DNA of 64,000 bases from Paraspadella gotoi. Its lineage: Eukaryota > Animalia > Chaetognatha. The first letter of the stretch is position 1. Each line of letters opens with the position of its first letter. The position numbers and the translations under genes are program-made. The notes under the pieces were generated by a model that was not told the origin of the DNA, made no database searches, and saw only the letters and a program-made list of their open reading frames with translations. Shown here piece by piece: positions 1 to 12,324 of this stretch. The stretch is taken from assembly GCA_051294375.1 (NCBI GenBank), contig CM119265.1, positions 12,513,866 through 12,577,865 of the forward strand, in the 5' to 3' direction.

Positions 1-23
1 CTCTCTAAGGGCGCGACAAAGAG

Positions 24-119
<96 letters not shown>

Positions 120-911
120 CGCGTCTCAAAAATAAAAAATGGGGCGGAGCGTTAAAAGTAATCGGCGAGGGAGCGTGACAAAGAATCTTAGCGCAGAAAA
201 TTGAATGGGGAGTTGGAGACGCCGAGAAAATGAATTTCTTTCCAGTGATGGTACATGAGATTTGGCTGCGATGATGGAAACTCCTTTTTAGGAAGATGGT
301 GATTCCGGATGGGATATATTTAGTTGGAAGATGGTGATGGTATAGTCGCCCCGGGTGATTAGCAATCAGAGTCATATCGAGTCTAGGGAGAGAAACTCTG
401 GCATGTGGTGATGGTACCAGATGGGCATTAGGCGTTGGGTTATGGTAATTTTATCACAGCCTTTCGGAAAAAAGGCCGTTTGACAATGTGCGGCAGCGAG
501 ACTTATTCAACGCCCTTCGCTCATAGACGAATCGAAGCGAATAAAGAACCCATTGCCCATTTTTCTCCCGAGAGTCGATTCTCTGGCGGAGAATTGGGGG
601 GAGGGGAGGGAAGGGGGGCGGGGAAGAGAGAGGGTGCCTCCAGGGGGAAGAGAGGAAATAGGGAGAAAGAGCAACAATGGCGAGAGTACATTTGAAGAGA
701 CGGGAGAGAAGGGAGACAGGGCGTTTTTTTGTTAAAATGATATAGCGATGAAGCAAGGCAGAGAAATAGATATTTGAATTTGCGACATTATCCCCTTGGT
801 ATGAATGCCTAGAATAGGCGATTCTTTTTATTGTATGACGCTCGTCCTATGAATTCAAGTCGTTGACATTTATATTTCACAGTCGAAATCGCGATGAAAG
901 TTTAAACTTAC

Positions 912-1039
912 AGTGGCGTTGGGGTGAGTGTTAAGGTCGAGTATGCTCACGACGGTGAAGGCCCTTTTGCACGTGTGGTCAAATTTCCATGGTTTGTCGA
1001 TGTTGGCTCGACACCAATAGCGCACGTGTCCGTTTGTCC
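912..1039 (-). CDS. ARRDC: Alpha-arrestin coding exon 4 (gene continues beyond the left edge)
   Basis: caag acceptor, gtaagt donor; (G)TNGHVRYWCRANIDKPWKFDHTCKRAFTVVSILDLNTHPNAT has the G.VRY...A.ID.PW.FD...K..FTV...LDLN motif ending arrestin_N. Confidence 0.93.
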
Positions 1040-1061
1040 CTTGAAAGTGTAAGTCAGCCGG

Positions 1062-1163
<102 letters not shown>

Positions 1164-1239
1164 ACTCACTTTTTTTCTTTCTTACTTTTCCTCCATCCAA
1201 TTTAAAAATATCGTTCAACTTTCTTTAACTGAACCTCAC

Positions 1240-1338
1240 CTTCAAAGGAGGACGGTATGTTCGTGGGAAGTTCAATCTCGAAGGGATATTTGTACTTCCC
1301 CAAAGGATGCAGCGGATTCTCTCCTCCTTCGCCGATTT
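1240..1338 (-). CDS. ARRDC: Alpha-arrestin coding exon 3
   Basis: Poly-T-ccag acceptor, gtgag donor, 99 nt, phase 1-1; IGEGGENPLHPLGKYKYPFEIELPTNIPSSFE-G contains the G.Y.YPF...LP..IPSSFEG motif. Phase-compatible with exon 2 across an 8.8-kb intron. Confidence 0.9.
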
Positions 1339-2254
1339 CTGGAAAAAAAAATAAAACAAAAAAAAAGTATAAAAAAACGATTTGTGTCTGACATCTAGTG
1401 GTTAAAAAAAAGAGTGAAATCGGATTTTCTATGGGAACGCCCCTCTCAAAAAACACTTGTGCAAACCGAGTTTGTTTTGTTGAAAGCTCGTTTGCTTACT
1501 CAATTAGGCTCCCTTTATAATCTTCCACTTTCTTCCCTTCGCCATTTTGTTATTTCAATTTATTTATTTTATTTTTTAGCGATGTTTCCTTTTTATAAGC
1601 ATTTATGATTAAAAAGCCTCGACGAAAGATAATAAATATTAACTCGCTTCCTCAGTATTGTTATCATTTTAGCCTTGAACGATTCTCCGTCGCTCTGGTC
1701 GTCGTCGTCGTCGTCGTCGCCTTCAGTGTCGCCGAGTTCGATGACACCGCAACGTAATACTAATAACTAATAACTAATAACTAATAACTAATAACTTCTT
1801 GTTTTCCGTTTATGTCACGGATGCTCAGCACCGTCTTTAATATTCCCTAGCCTTTACCTTCCTTCGTCGAGCCATTTACACTTTTAATTTACATTTAATA
1901 TTTCTGACTTCGAATCTCGTCGTTTTCAAGATAAAATAATGTAATCACTTTTGTGTTTTGCAAGTATCCTATTTCCCTTTTATAAACTTTCGAGAAAATA
2001 ATCAAATTAAGAAACGTTTTGAAAAGACGCGCGAGTCTTGCTTGATTCGGAAGGCTCAAAAGAAAAAAAAAGAAGAAAAGCCATCGCAGTCCCGTTTATC
2101 ATCCAACTCTTCTTCACATGACGGTGATGGTGAAAATGTCCGCTTCGTTCACGCACTTCATGTCGGCAAAGTTGCAGTGGCCTTTTTGGGTCGAGTACGC
2201 GAAACGCGGGACGGTATTATTATTGTTATACATTGCACAATGTAAATTTTTGCA

Positions 2255-2313
<59 letters not shown>

Positions 2314-2436
2314 TTTTTTTTTTTTTTCTCTCTCACCATTTCACTTCTTTTCACAACTTACTCTGTCTTTCCTTAACTTCAGCCTGTCCTCACCAATTGA
2401 CCACTGTCCTTTCTAAAGTCTGTGTTGGAGACTTTG

Positions 2437-2473
<37 letters not shown>

Positions 2474-3011
2474 GCCATATACTAAAAAACAATCAATAAA
2501 TAACCATTCCTCTTTCGAAGATTTTATCATGATTTCCTGACATAAACATCAGATGACGCTATCTCCACCACCTACGCATCCAAAGTTCCTCCTCCTCCTC
2601 CTCCTCCGCCTCTCGCTACTTCCGGTTCAGCTGCCTCCACTGAGGGTAAAGGACCGAGGTAATGGCAGCGGCGAACGAATCCAATTCACGACGACGAAGA
2701 CGACGACGACGAAGATGTCGACGGCGAACGCGACGACAGGGAAACCGAATTAATGAGACAACTACTTGGCTACCTGGAGAATTAATAATCCTTTTAATGC
2801 TCAAGGTTGAAAGACGATATGGAAGATGGGAGACAGATCTAATGAGTAAAAAGGTTTTATAGCTTAAAGTAAAAAGAAGACAACCGAAACCTCTTTCATG
2901 TATTCTTTAAATTTTTGTTATCCTTTGTCATCAACAATTCATCGACTTTTATCCTTTGAACCTTTCTTTTCGTCAATTAGACATTAATCGCTTTATACTT
3001 CGAAATCGGCA

Positions 3012-3267
3012 ATTATGGCAACGGGGAGACATGTGTGATACCCAGTGTGTGAGGTACCTCCCGGCAGCTGGCGCTCAAGGCATTTGACCTGCAGTGACCA
3101 CCCCATGTCACTGGCGTGTTTAGGCCGACACCATCACACTTTTATCCCGCGTGACCGTGAGAGGATTGAACCCCACTCACGGTTGGTGAACAAATACCTA
3201 GCTGTCCAAGCCAACGGGACGAGGTGAGTTTCACCAAGCTATACGGGAGGCGAATTTAGGAATCGCC
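3012..3267 (-). ncRNA. Highly structured Pol III-type element (SINE or small RNA, unassigned)
   Basis: Minus strand has A-box-like TAGCTTGGTGA and B-box GGTTCAATCC, plus stems TCCCG/CGGGA, TTGGTGAA/TTCACCAA, CCGTGAG/CTCACGG, GTGTGAT/ATCACAC and CAGTGAC/GTCACTG; GC-rich island in an AT-rich intron. Confidence 0.45.
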
Positions 3268-4117
3268 TCACAATGTTAATATCCTTGAACTGTCACCGTT
3301 ATCATCGTGGTCGTCGTCGTCGCTTGTCATAATTTTCGTCACCTCAGTCACGAAATTAATGACTGAACGCAAGAGACAAATGTCGCTTCCCGGAAATCGC
3401 GGTCGTTCATTCAAAATAAAATGACAAAGGTCGGCATCGCCGACGGGAGTTTTCATCAACGACGATGAAATGTAGCTACTAGAATGTCGATCTTGAGATA
3501 AAACAAAAGTTCACAGTTTATATATAAAATATACAGATGAAATCACGAAAAATTTTTAAGCTGAGATAAGAACTGTTAGAAATTTGTCAAATCGGTAAAT
3601 TATAAAAAATGCTAGAGATGGTGTTGGGACGGAAGATTATGATTAAGAAGGTACAATCTGTTTTAAAAACAAAACAACATCTGTAGTAATTGTACAGGCC
3701 GCTCAGGCCGCGCTCAGACTGCTCAGGCATGATAAATGACATCCGGTAGAAAAAAAATTCATGTCAAGTGTTTAGAAAAACGTCGTCTCTTTGCGTTGCA
3801 ACGAATAACGACAGAGCAGAGAGCGAAGAAATTCTTTCTCTCGCTTTTCTCAACCATGATAACCTCTTGACTCGAGGCCAATATCCGTCTCGAAAAAAAA
3901 AAGGTTTCGCTATAATTTTTTGGGGGATGTCCGTCTTTTGTTGTGGACATTTTTCCTTGTGGGTTTCGAAAACCAAAACGAAGTCCTAGTCAAAACATAG
4001 CAGCTAGCTTCTCAAAAAGTTGTACAAATAGCAACGCTTGCCTAAAGAAACAAAGTTGCGCAGCACATACTAAACGGACTAAAAATATTCCGAACCCAGC
4101 AACCGCTGTCTTTTTAA

Positions 4118-6628
4118 GGGGACCCAGTAATCTGGGGGAGGGGGGGTGAAAAGCTGGTGAAAAGTTGGTTTTAATAATATGATTTTTTTTGGTTCTAACG
4201 GGAAAGTAGTAAAAGAATTAGATGTACAAAGCAAATCTTTCTTGAGTTTAGATTTTTTTTCTAAAAAGAAGGTAAAACTATTAAAAAAAATGTTGTTTTC
4301 GTTAATTCTTATTTATTAAAAGCTAGTAGCTGAAAATCATTTGTAAAGCTAATTTTAATTGATAAACATATCTTTCGACTCTTTCCTGCTGCGCCAAAAT
4401 CTATCTGCAAAAATAGTAATGCTCTTCTATGGAATAAGCTTCTGCACTCTCTTGTACTTGTAGGGCTTTCAACTTAAAATTTTCTGCACGGTTAAATAGG
4501 AAAGTTCGAGGTCTCGAGACGCAATACAAATATTGTTTGAAGGGTGGTCAGAAAAATAGTCCTCGATGTTCATAAAATTTAAACACTTGAACCCCAACCC
4601 AAATTTGTTAGCATGGTTGAGCCAGTCTGCTTAAATCGCTCGACCAAATGTTTGAAGAATTTTATCCCTGGAACTCTGTGCTTGTTCTTAACTTTGAAAA
4701 GTACTATAAATATGCGATGCTACTTTACAAGTGCCCTGGATGCAGTGTTGCATACCACCCATCGCTCTTGATCTTTGGTAAAATAATTTTGTCAATGATT
4801 TTAACTTTTTGACATGTTAGATTAAAATAAGATTTATCATAATAAACAAACGGTAATTTAATTAAGATTTGTATAGAAACATCAATGACTTTTCTTTTTA
4901 TTAAAAAAACTGATTCATTTTATTTTAATTCAGTTAAGAATGATTTTATTAGTGCCATCCATTCTGGGTCACTGGGTATTATTAATTGAAAATGATCAAT
5001 TGAATTCAAAATATAAATAGATCAAATATTTTTAAAAAAATATTTAAAAATTTTTCAAAAAAATTGTAAATCTGCTTGTGCTGCATTGAGACAATTTTTT
5101 AAAGTATCTAATGCTGCCATATGCTGATAGTTAGTCCCATGGCTCTTAATGATCTTTTGAAAACTTATTACATTCTTTTAATGATTCTTTTTCAGCAGCT
5201 GATATCTGTCATAGAGTTAGGCTGTATACAAGCATATTTAAAAAAAAAAAATCACAGAGCTTGTTTTATTAATAACATTTTTTGCTCTCTCTCTTTCTCT
5301 CTCTTTTTTTATCCCTCTCTTGCTCACTTGTTCTAATTGGTTACCATTTTAAGTAATGGCTTCACTCCTAAAGCAGACAGGCCAAGGTTCTTTTGGATTA
5401 AGGATTGTGTGTAAATCCTTTAATTTTTATTATGTTATTGGTTTAAGGAGACAAATAATTTATTTACAACAATAATTTTATTATTAGACTAACATGCTTT
5501 GGCTCACAATTTGAACCTTTATCAGCGTCAAAGTTTTTTATGAATTACTCACAAATTTTTTTATAAAAGAAAAAAAGACAGAAAGACAAAAAGAAAGAGA
5601 GGGTAAAGTTTTATTTATTAAAATATTTTCCATGATATATACAGATTAACTATTCTAATTTTTTTCTTCACATTTTGACTCCAGACATAACGAGAAGAAT
5701 TCGCTTGTAATATAATCCCTATTTTGTCGGAAGAAAAAGTTTTGTAAAATAAAATTTTTATCAATTACCACTTAAAAGAATTAGCAAATAATAAACAAAT
5801 AAGAACATACCAAAAAAAAAGCTAAGAAAAACAAAAGTAATAACAAAAGATGAAGAAAAAAAATCCAGCGTTGTCAACTATGGTGTAGAAAATACGCATA
5901 GATCTTCCTCAACCTTATCTCCCAAACGAGGGTACAAGAAATAAGGCAAAGTACCCAACAGGAAAAGGGTACTTTTGTATTATTTAAAAGCATTAAAGAT
6001 AAAAAAATAAGAAAGAAAACTTTTTGAGAATTATTAAATCACAAATTAAAAGTAATAAAGAGTTCTGAGTAAATTTAAAATAATTTTTTTGTCAATAAAT
6101 AAAATTTTAATAAAAAACTGGTTTTAATCTATGCTTTATTATGTAAGGATGGGTATTACTCTCTTGCCAAAATCATATTAAAAAGATATATAAAAATTTA
6201 TAGAGTATTAATGTTTGTTGCAAAAATACTTAAAAATAAATTTATAATTTTTTTGTCCTTGTTTGTATTACAAGGGAGTTTTGACTTTTTTCCACTTTCC
6301 TTTATTATTTAGAAGGAGAAAACACCACTGTTTAAAAGCCTTTATCAAACGTGGTTTGTACTAATGATTTCAGTAATGAGCCTTTAAAAATAAAAATAAA
6401 AATTAGCCAAAAATTATTTCCCTTACAAAAGTAAAACAATGGATGGTACCAGTATTTAAGGAAGACTAATTAAAATTGTTTTCAATAATTATCCTATTCT
6501 TGTTCTCATTGCAACAAGGAGATAACAAATTTTTTTTCCTATACAAAAAAAAATAATGACTATCACAATTCAAATTCCTTTAATGATAAACCCTTAAGCT
6601 TATGATATCATTTTTATCACTGGTTCCC
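4118..6628 (+). mobile_element. Degenerate DNA transposon with TTAA flanks and short imperfect TIRs
   Basis: TTAA(4114-4117)-GGGGACCCAGTAAT ... ATCACTGGTTCCC-TTAA(6629-6632); decayed internal frame with VCLN(R)S ... YKCPGCSVAYHP at ~4610-4780. Confidence 0.5.
5487..5530 (-). ncRNA. Decayed Penelope-type minimal hammerhead remnant
   Basis: Minus strand GACG-CTGATAA-AGGTTC-AAATTGT-GAGCC-AAAGCATGTT-AGTC has the same layout as the motif at 25183-25231, but core positions are mutated. Confidence 0.4.
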
Positions 6629-7619
6629 TTAAGCAAATAATAAGTCAACCATAAAGGAACAGAAAGCTCGGCGATACAAAGAAAAATAAAGAAACGTAAA
6701 AGTCACTTTTCGAACAGAAGGCAGCTGGTTGGGAAAGAGACTGACATTATATCCGCGCCTTCTCTAATCCAGAGAACTGTCCCGCTTCAGCCGCAACGAT
6801 TTTAAACTGCCACTTTAATTTGACTAGGGAGACAAAAAAATTTACGACGAGACAATAAAGTTGGTAACCATGGAAACGAGCCTCTTGGATTCGAATCGTA
6901 GTCCCCCTGGGGCGGGGGGGGGGTGGTTCGTCGGCCGTCGTTCCACCCCTCCACGCTTTCCCAAAGCTCCTTTATATTCCAGACATCCCGCAGGATTGAC
7001 TTATGTCGCGGGAGCGTCGGGAGCCACTCCAGCGCCGGGAGACGTAGATAGTAGAGAGTCTGTTCGGATTCCAAAACTACTGCAATGAGACAATTCGCCA
7101 TTTCGTTTTATAACGAGGATTTGAGTAGAAATTTGATTTTAAAAATAATATTTGAATTTTAAATACTATTTTTATAATCCGTTAATTGCTGAAACAGTTA
7201 ATCTTAGTTTAATCTTAATCTTAGTTACAAGATGTTAAAGATGGGAAAACAACAGCTGGATCGTTTGAAAACTGAATGACAATAGTTATCGATTGTTGAG
7301 GCAGGCCGAGGCAGCAGATATTGAGGGAGGCTGTAACAGGCAGCGGCGGAAGCGTCGGCGTCCATAATTCCAGCGAGGACCGCAGAAAGCCGAGGCGAAA
7401 ACCAATAGCGGCATCGAAATTCGTGACGGAGAGATGGCGTTAGGAGACGCTGGTGTGTCAGTGCGAGGAAACAAAGAGAGTTAAGATAAAGCAAAATAGA
7501 GAACACGGCTTCGGGCGTCGGGGAAAAAAAAACCAAACGGAGGGGGATCGATATTGTGGAGAAAAATACGCTGGATTTAACGGATTTAAGACTCTCTCTC
7601 TGATCTCTCCGTTTCTGTT

Positions 7620-7710
<91 letters not shown>

Positions 7711-8620
7711 TTCTCTTTCAACTTCGACGAGGGAATTTGAAAAAAAAAAGGAAAAAAAATCTTTGTTCCCCATTTTTTTCTCTTTCTGATCCATAAATAT
7801 TACGATATTTCAACCCTCGAGAAATAATAAGGGATTTAACGTTCGTCCCAAAAGTCGGCGACGAGGGTTTTACTTCTCGATCCCCGGATTCAATATTATG
7901 ACCCCGATATAAATAAATATATATATATGTGGATTGTGGAAGGAGTGTATGAAAACTAAAAAGGGAGTAGAAGGGTTTAACGAAAAAAAAACCCCTCAGC
8001 TATTGGAACAAAGTGGCGCAGACGGCAGACGAAGAATAATTCTGCACAAAGAAGCGATAAAAAAAAATATATTTTTCAATTATTTTTTGTTTTAATGCGG
8101 CAAATGATTGCGCGAATAAATGCTTATCGACTTCGCAAAGAAAAAAAATGTAGGAAGGAAACTCTGCGATTAAAGCCTCTTTGATCTGTCCGACGAGGCG
8201 AAAGGAAACGAGCTAATGGAAACCAACAGGCTAACGTCGACAACGCTTTTCGTCAAATCCCCGTCGTCGTCGTCGCTGTCGTCGTCGTGATCGTCGCCGT
8301 CGACCCCCCCTCGACGTTGACGTGCAGATTCTTAAATTCTTTCGACGTTTCTTGTTTTTTTTTTTACTTTTTAGTACAACGTCTTCCGTCGCCTTTCTCT
8401 GCCTCCCGTTTTTTCAGCCCTTTAACTCTATTTCCTTTTTATTTCTTCCTTTTTTCTTTCCTTTTTATTTCTTCCTTTTTCTTTTCTTTTTATTTCTTCC
8501 TTTTTCTTTCCTCAAAATTTTAACCCTTTCGCGATTCTCCCCTTTTCCTTCCTCCCATTTTCTGCCTACTATTTCTTCCTTCTCCATATTATGTTCCTAA
8601 TGTCCGATTATAAAAATAGC

Positions 8621-8686
8621 ACAACCAATTTAAAATTATTTATTCTTTCAATAAACAAGCTATCTTTCCCCTGACTTTGGACAGGT
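8621..8686 (-). repeat. Dispersed truncated fragment of the ~320-bp twister-bearing repeat
   Basis: Reverse complement CCTGTCCAAAGTCAGGGGAAAGATAGCTTGTTTATTGAAAGAATAAATAATTTTAAATTGGTTGT aligns with 62762-62827. Confidence 0.75.
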
Positions 8687-9523
8687 CTCCCTTCCCCCTT
8701 CTCTAGGTTTTAATTCTCCTCAAACCCTTAATATCTATTATCACATTTCCCCATTTCCACCCTCTTCTCATTCCCCCTACTCCTTCCCTCCCCTCCCACC
8801 ATTTTTTCCACTTATAATCGCCTCTTTCTGTTTTTCTCCTCTTTCTTCCTCCTCCCAACAAATCAAACAAAGAAGCGAAGAAAACGTGAAGGAGAAAAAA
8901 GAAAACAGGACGGTCCTTCTTTATTTGTTGGGGAGAGGCGGCCCTCGGCCGACGACCCCGGGTAAGTGGGCACGGTTTCGGTTGTCCTTTTGGTCGTCGA
9001 TCCTGTCGTCGTGGTCGTTATCTCGCCGAGCGGTCACCGGTCCACTTCACCTTAAAAACTTTGCCCGGTTATATCGAAAGATTCCTTATTGAGCCGATTG
9101 AGCAGATCGGTTTTTGTTTGGCCGCTGATTAACGAGAATTCTCCGCCGCCATTCCAGCTTGCCAATGAAATTCTGATTCTCTCACAATAAAATATGGATT
9201 TCACGATGATGACGATTTTGGTCGCGGAGCAGAGATTATGGATTCTCGAATAATCGTTACGATTAGGGGAAGGAAGGAGTGTGTGATCGGTCGACCGATT
9301 CAAAACCGTCAAGTGGCTAATAACAACAACAAATATCAACAACAACACCTCCGCCGAGACTAACAACGACCCGTCGCAGTAAATTAGCTTATCTGCCTCG
9401 AGGATGGGAGACCGCGGCGTCCCTCGCAACTCGCAAGGCCGTCGCCATGGAGATGGGCAATCGCGTTCTCCCGACCGACGATTTTAATGGATCTCCCCCC
9501 TCTTCATTCTCTCTGTCCTCTCT

Positions 9524-9595
<72 letters not shown>

Positions 9596-10008
9596 TTCCA
9601 CTTGTGAGAGATTCACGCGCACCTCCGTCTGGAGAATCGATCTACACTCGACAATCAATAAAATCCTTTTTTTTCTTTTTCTTATTCGTCTATGTTGTCT
9701 TTGTCGTCCTTCTTTGTCATTTTCTCCATTCCTAAGGGACACCTAGCAAACCATCCTTTGCGGGTTAACATTTTATTTCTTCAGCAGCTTCAGGTGTCTA
9801 ATTACAAACTACAAATAACCTAAGAGAGCAAGCAAACTAAAAAGAGCAATTCAAAATCGGGGAGAGGGAAAAAATTCAATGCTCGTATCGTTTGAGTTTG
9901 ACATTTACAATTTTATGAGTGGCTTAAAAACTATTGCTGGTGGTTTAACGAATCGCGTGCAGTATTTATCATTGTTTCGGGGGGGGAATGGAGAGAGAGA
10001 GAGAGAGA

Positions 10009-10101
<93 letters not shown>

Positions 10102-10181
10102 CGTATTACCCAAATAATTCCTCAGCTGCCAACTTAAGCGTTGGGTTATTACGGCAAACATTTGCTCCCCCATAAACTCAC

Positions 10182-10328
10182 GTTTGCCCCAGAGAGTAAA
10201 CTTGGCGAAGAAGTAAGTCTCGCTGGAGTTGTGCTGCTCCCGTTCGGACGTGTGCGCGCCAGAGGAGTCGAACTTTTTTCGAGTGTCCCAACTTCCGGCG
10301 GCTTGACCCACGCACTTCAGACGGATAC
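10182..10328 (-). CDS. ARRDC: Alpha-arrestin coding exon 2
   Basis: ccag acceptor and gtgagt donor; 147 nt, phase 1-1; (G)IRLKCVGQAAGSWDTRKKFDSSGAHTSEREQHNSSETYFFAKFTLWGK shows the G.A...W and E.Y....L motifs of arrestin_N. Confidence 0.92.
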
Positions 10329-10392
10329 CTGGCGACGGAAGGAGGCTTTGTTTAAATTTATATATCTTATATTTTATATTCAGTTTTGTAAT

Positions 10393-10459
<67 letters not shown>

Positions 10460-10481
10460 CCATCATCATCAATCAACTAAC

Positions 10482-10599
10482 CTCTCATCATCATGGTGTC
10501 GTTTAATTCGACCAAGACGTAACCGGACACGGTTGACCCGGCCATATAGATGGCGTCCGGGTTGTTGAACACGATGTCGAAAGTCAAAAGCTTCGGCAT
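10482..10599 (-). CDS. ARRDC: Alpha-arrestin (arrestin domain-containing protein), coding exon 1
   Basis: ATG at 10599; MPKLLTFDIVFNNPDAIYMAGSTVSGYVLVELNDTMMMR-G fits the arrestin_N start pattern (F...Y..G..V.G.V.V.L.....RG); phase-1 GT donor at 10481. Symbol is family-level only. Confidence 0.92.
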
Positions 10600-10734
10600 T
10601 TTCGCCTTTAATTCGATTTTACGACGGAAATTAAAAAAAAAGAGACACACCACGCCGATCGCGTTTTTAACGAAGGAGACGCTATCCAATTAACAGTCGA
10701 TAATCTCTCTCTCGACGACAATGGTGTCGGCGGG

Positions 10735-10820
10735 AAGGCCAATGATTGGTTGAATTCACCGAGGCGGCAACGAATTCGATAATTGTGATTGGTCGCCGAG
10801 AAAAAAAATTGACGTAAAAA
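10735..10820 (-). promoter_or_regulatory. Putative proximal promoter of the alpha-arrestin gene (CCAAT boxes, CRE-like site)
   Basis: CCAAT at 10739-10743, ATTGG at 10745-10749 and 10788-10792, TGACGTAA at 10810-10817; 140-220 bp upstream of the ATG. Confidence 0.45.
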
Positions 10821-11138
10821 TAGAAAAGAAAGAAAAGAATTACATGTTTTCTTCTTACATCCGGGTGACCATCGATTCTGTCCCTCCGAAGTTGGATGGC
10901 GGGAGGCGAGAGTTGAATATTTATTTTGTTTTCATAGTTTTCGTTTTACATTTTTTTTTTATTTTAACATTGTAGTACATCGAAAAAAAAGGTTTTTTTT
11001 ATAGGGGCGGCGGAGCTTGTCATGTAGATGCCTGAAATAAGAAGCGAGAAATGAAGGAGGAATTGTATTTATCGCAATGTTTACCAGATTTGTAGGGTAA
11101 ACATGCGGTTGGAGGCCAAGAAAGACAGAAAGAGAGAA

Positions 11139-11311
<173 letters not shown>

Positions 11312-12254
11312 GCAGAAAAACAAAAAGGAAACAAGAAAGGAAAAAAACTGTCAGAATAAAAAAGATAAATCCTAAACAGATGGCGAGTTTGCAAGAAGGC
11401 GAGATGGCGAGATGGCGAGATAGCAAGATGGCGTCGTCCCAGTTTGTTTTCTCCTCCGGCGACGCGAAAATCATATTTGCATAAAGATATTGAAAGGAAT
11501 TGAATTTTGGTGGGGCTTCCCAGTTCCCAGCCGAAAACTCCGATTTCTCTTTGTGGGGGAACGTTCATAAAAAAAAAGAGTCGTAGGTCCGGTTTTTTCC
11601 TTTTTGAGAAATAAAAAAACATTAGAACGCTAATCGTCGCGAAAAATATAATAGATAGTCATTATTATCATAACGATTAAGGATTGTAGGCGCGGTTATT
11701 CATGAAAACTGCAGAGAAGATAACGGTTACGACGACGACGACGACGACGTTCTGTTCCATCTGGATCATAATTCGGCGTCAACACAAAAGAACAAAAGAA
11801 CAAAGGGCGACGCCGACGCGAGGGAGCGGTCCCGCCTGCGACGCCTCTCTCCTGCGTCAGGCGCCGATGAAATCGTCCTTTTGGCACATGGCATTGTGTG
11901 GCACAAAAGCCGCATGGACAATTTGGACATGGATCGAATTGACAAAGGACGCATCTACTGGCAAACAGATGACTTTGATTCTTTCGTACAGAAACGCGCG
12001 GGAAGGCCGCTGGAAGAAGGAGAGGTGGGGTTGTGAAGGGAGATTGGAAGAAGACAAAAGAGGAGACGAGATGAATAGTGGTCCGTCAGAAGAAGAAAAA
12101 GAAGGAGAGAAAGAAAAAGAGAGAAAGAGAAAGCGATGGAGACAGGGGCGATGAATGAAAGAGCCATGGAAAGAAAATGAAAGAGAGAAAAGGAAAGCAA
12201 CAGAGAGAGAGAGAATTAGATGAGGCGGGAGTGAGAGCCTCGCGGTAATTAGGA

Positions 12255-12324
<70 letters not shown>

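Noticed and set aside
454-590. Next arrestin exon after a CCGCCAG acceptor-like site
   Set aside because: The in-phase translation (RIDSREKNGQWVLYSLRF...) lacks arrestin_C start motifs and has no good donor; the gene probably continues outside the window.
3012-3267. SRP (7SL) RNA, tRNA or twister/HDV ribozyme assignment for the structured element
   Set aside because: Only short superficial matches (GCAGGTCAAA, GTCCAAGCC); no SRP helix-8 motif, no cloverleaf, and no P4 or pseudoknot pairing found.
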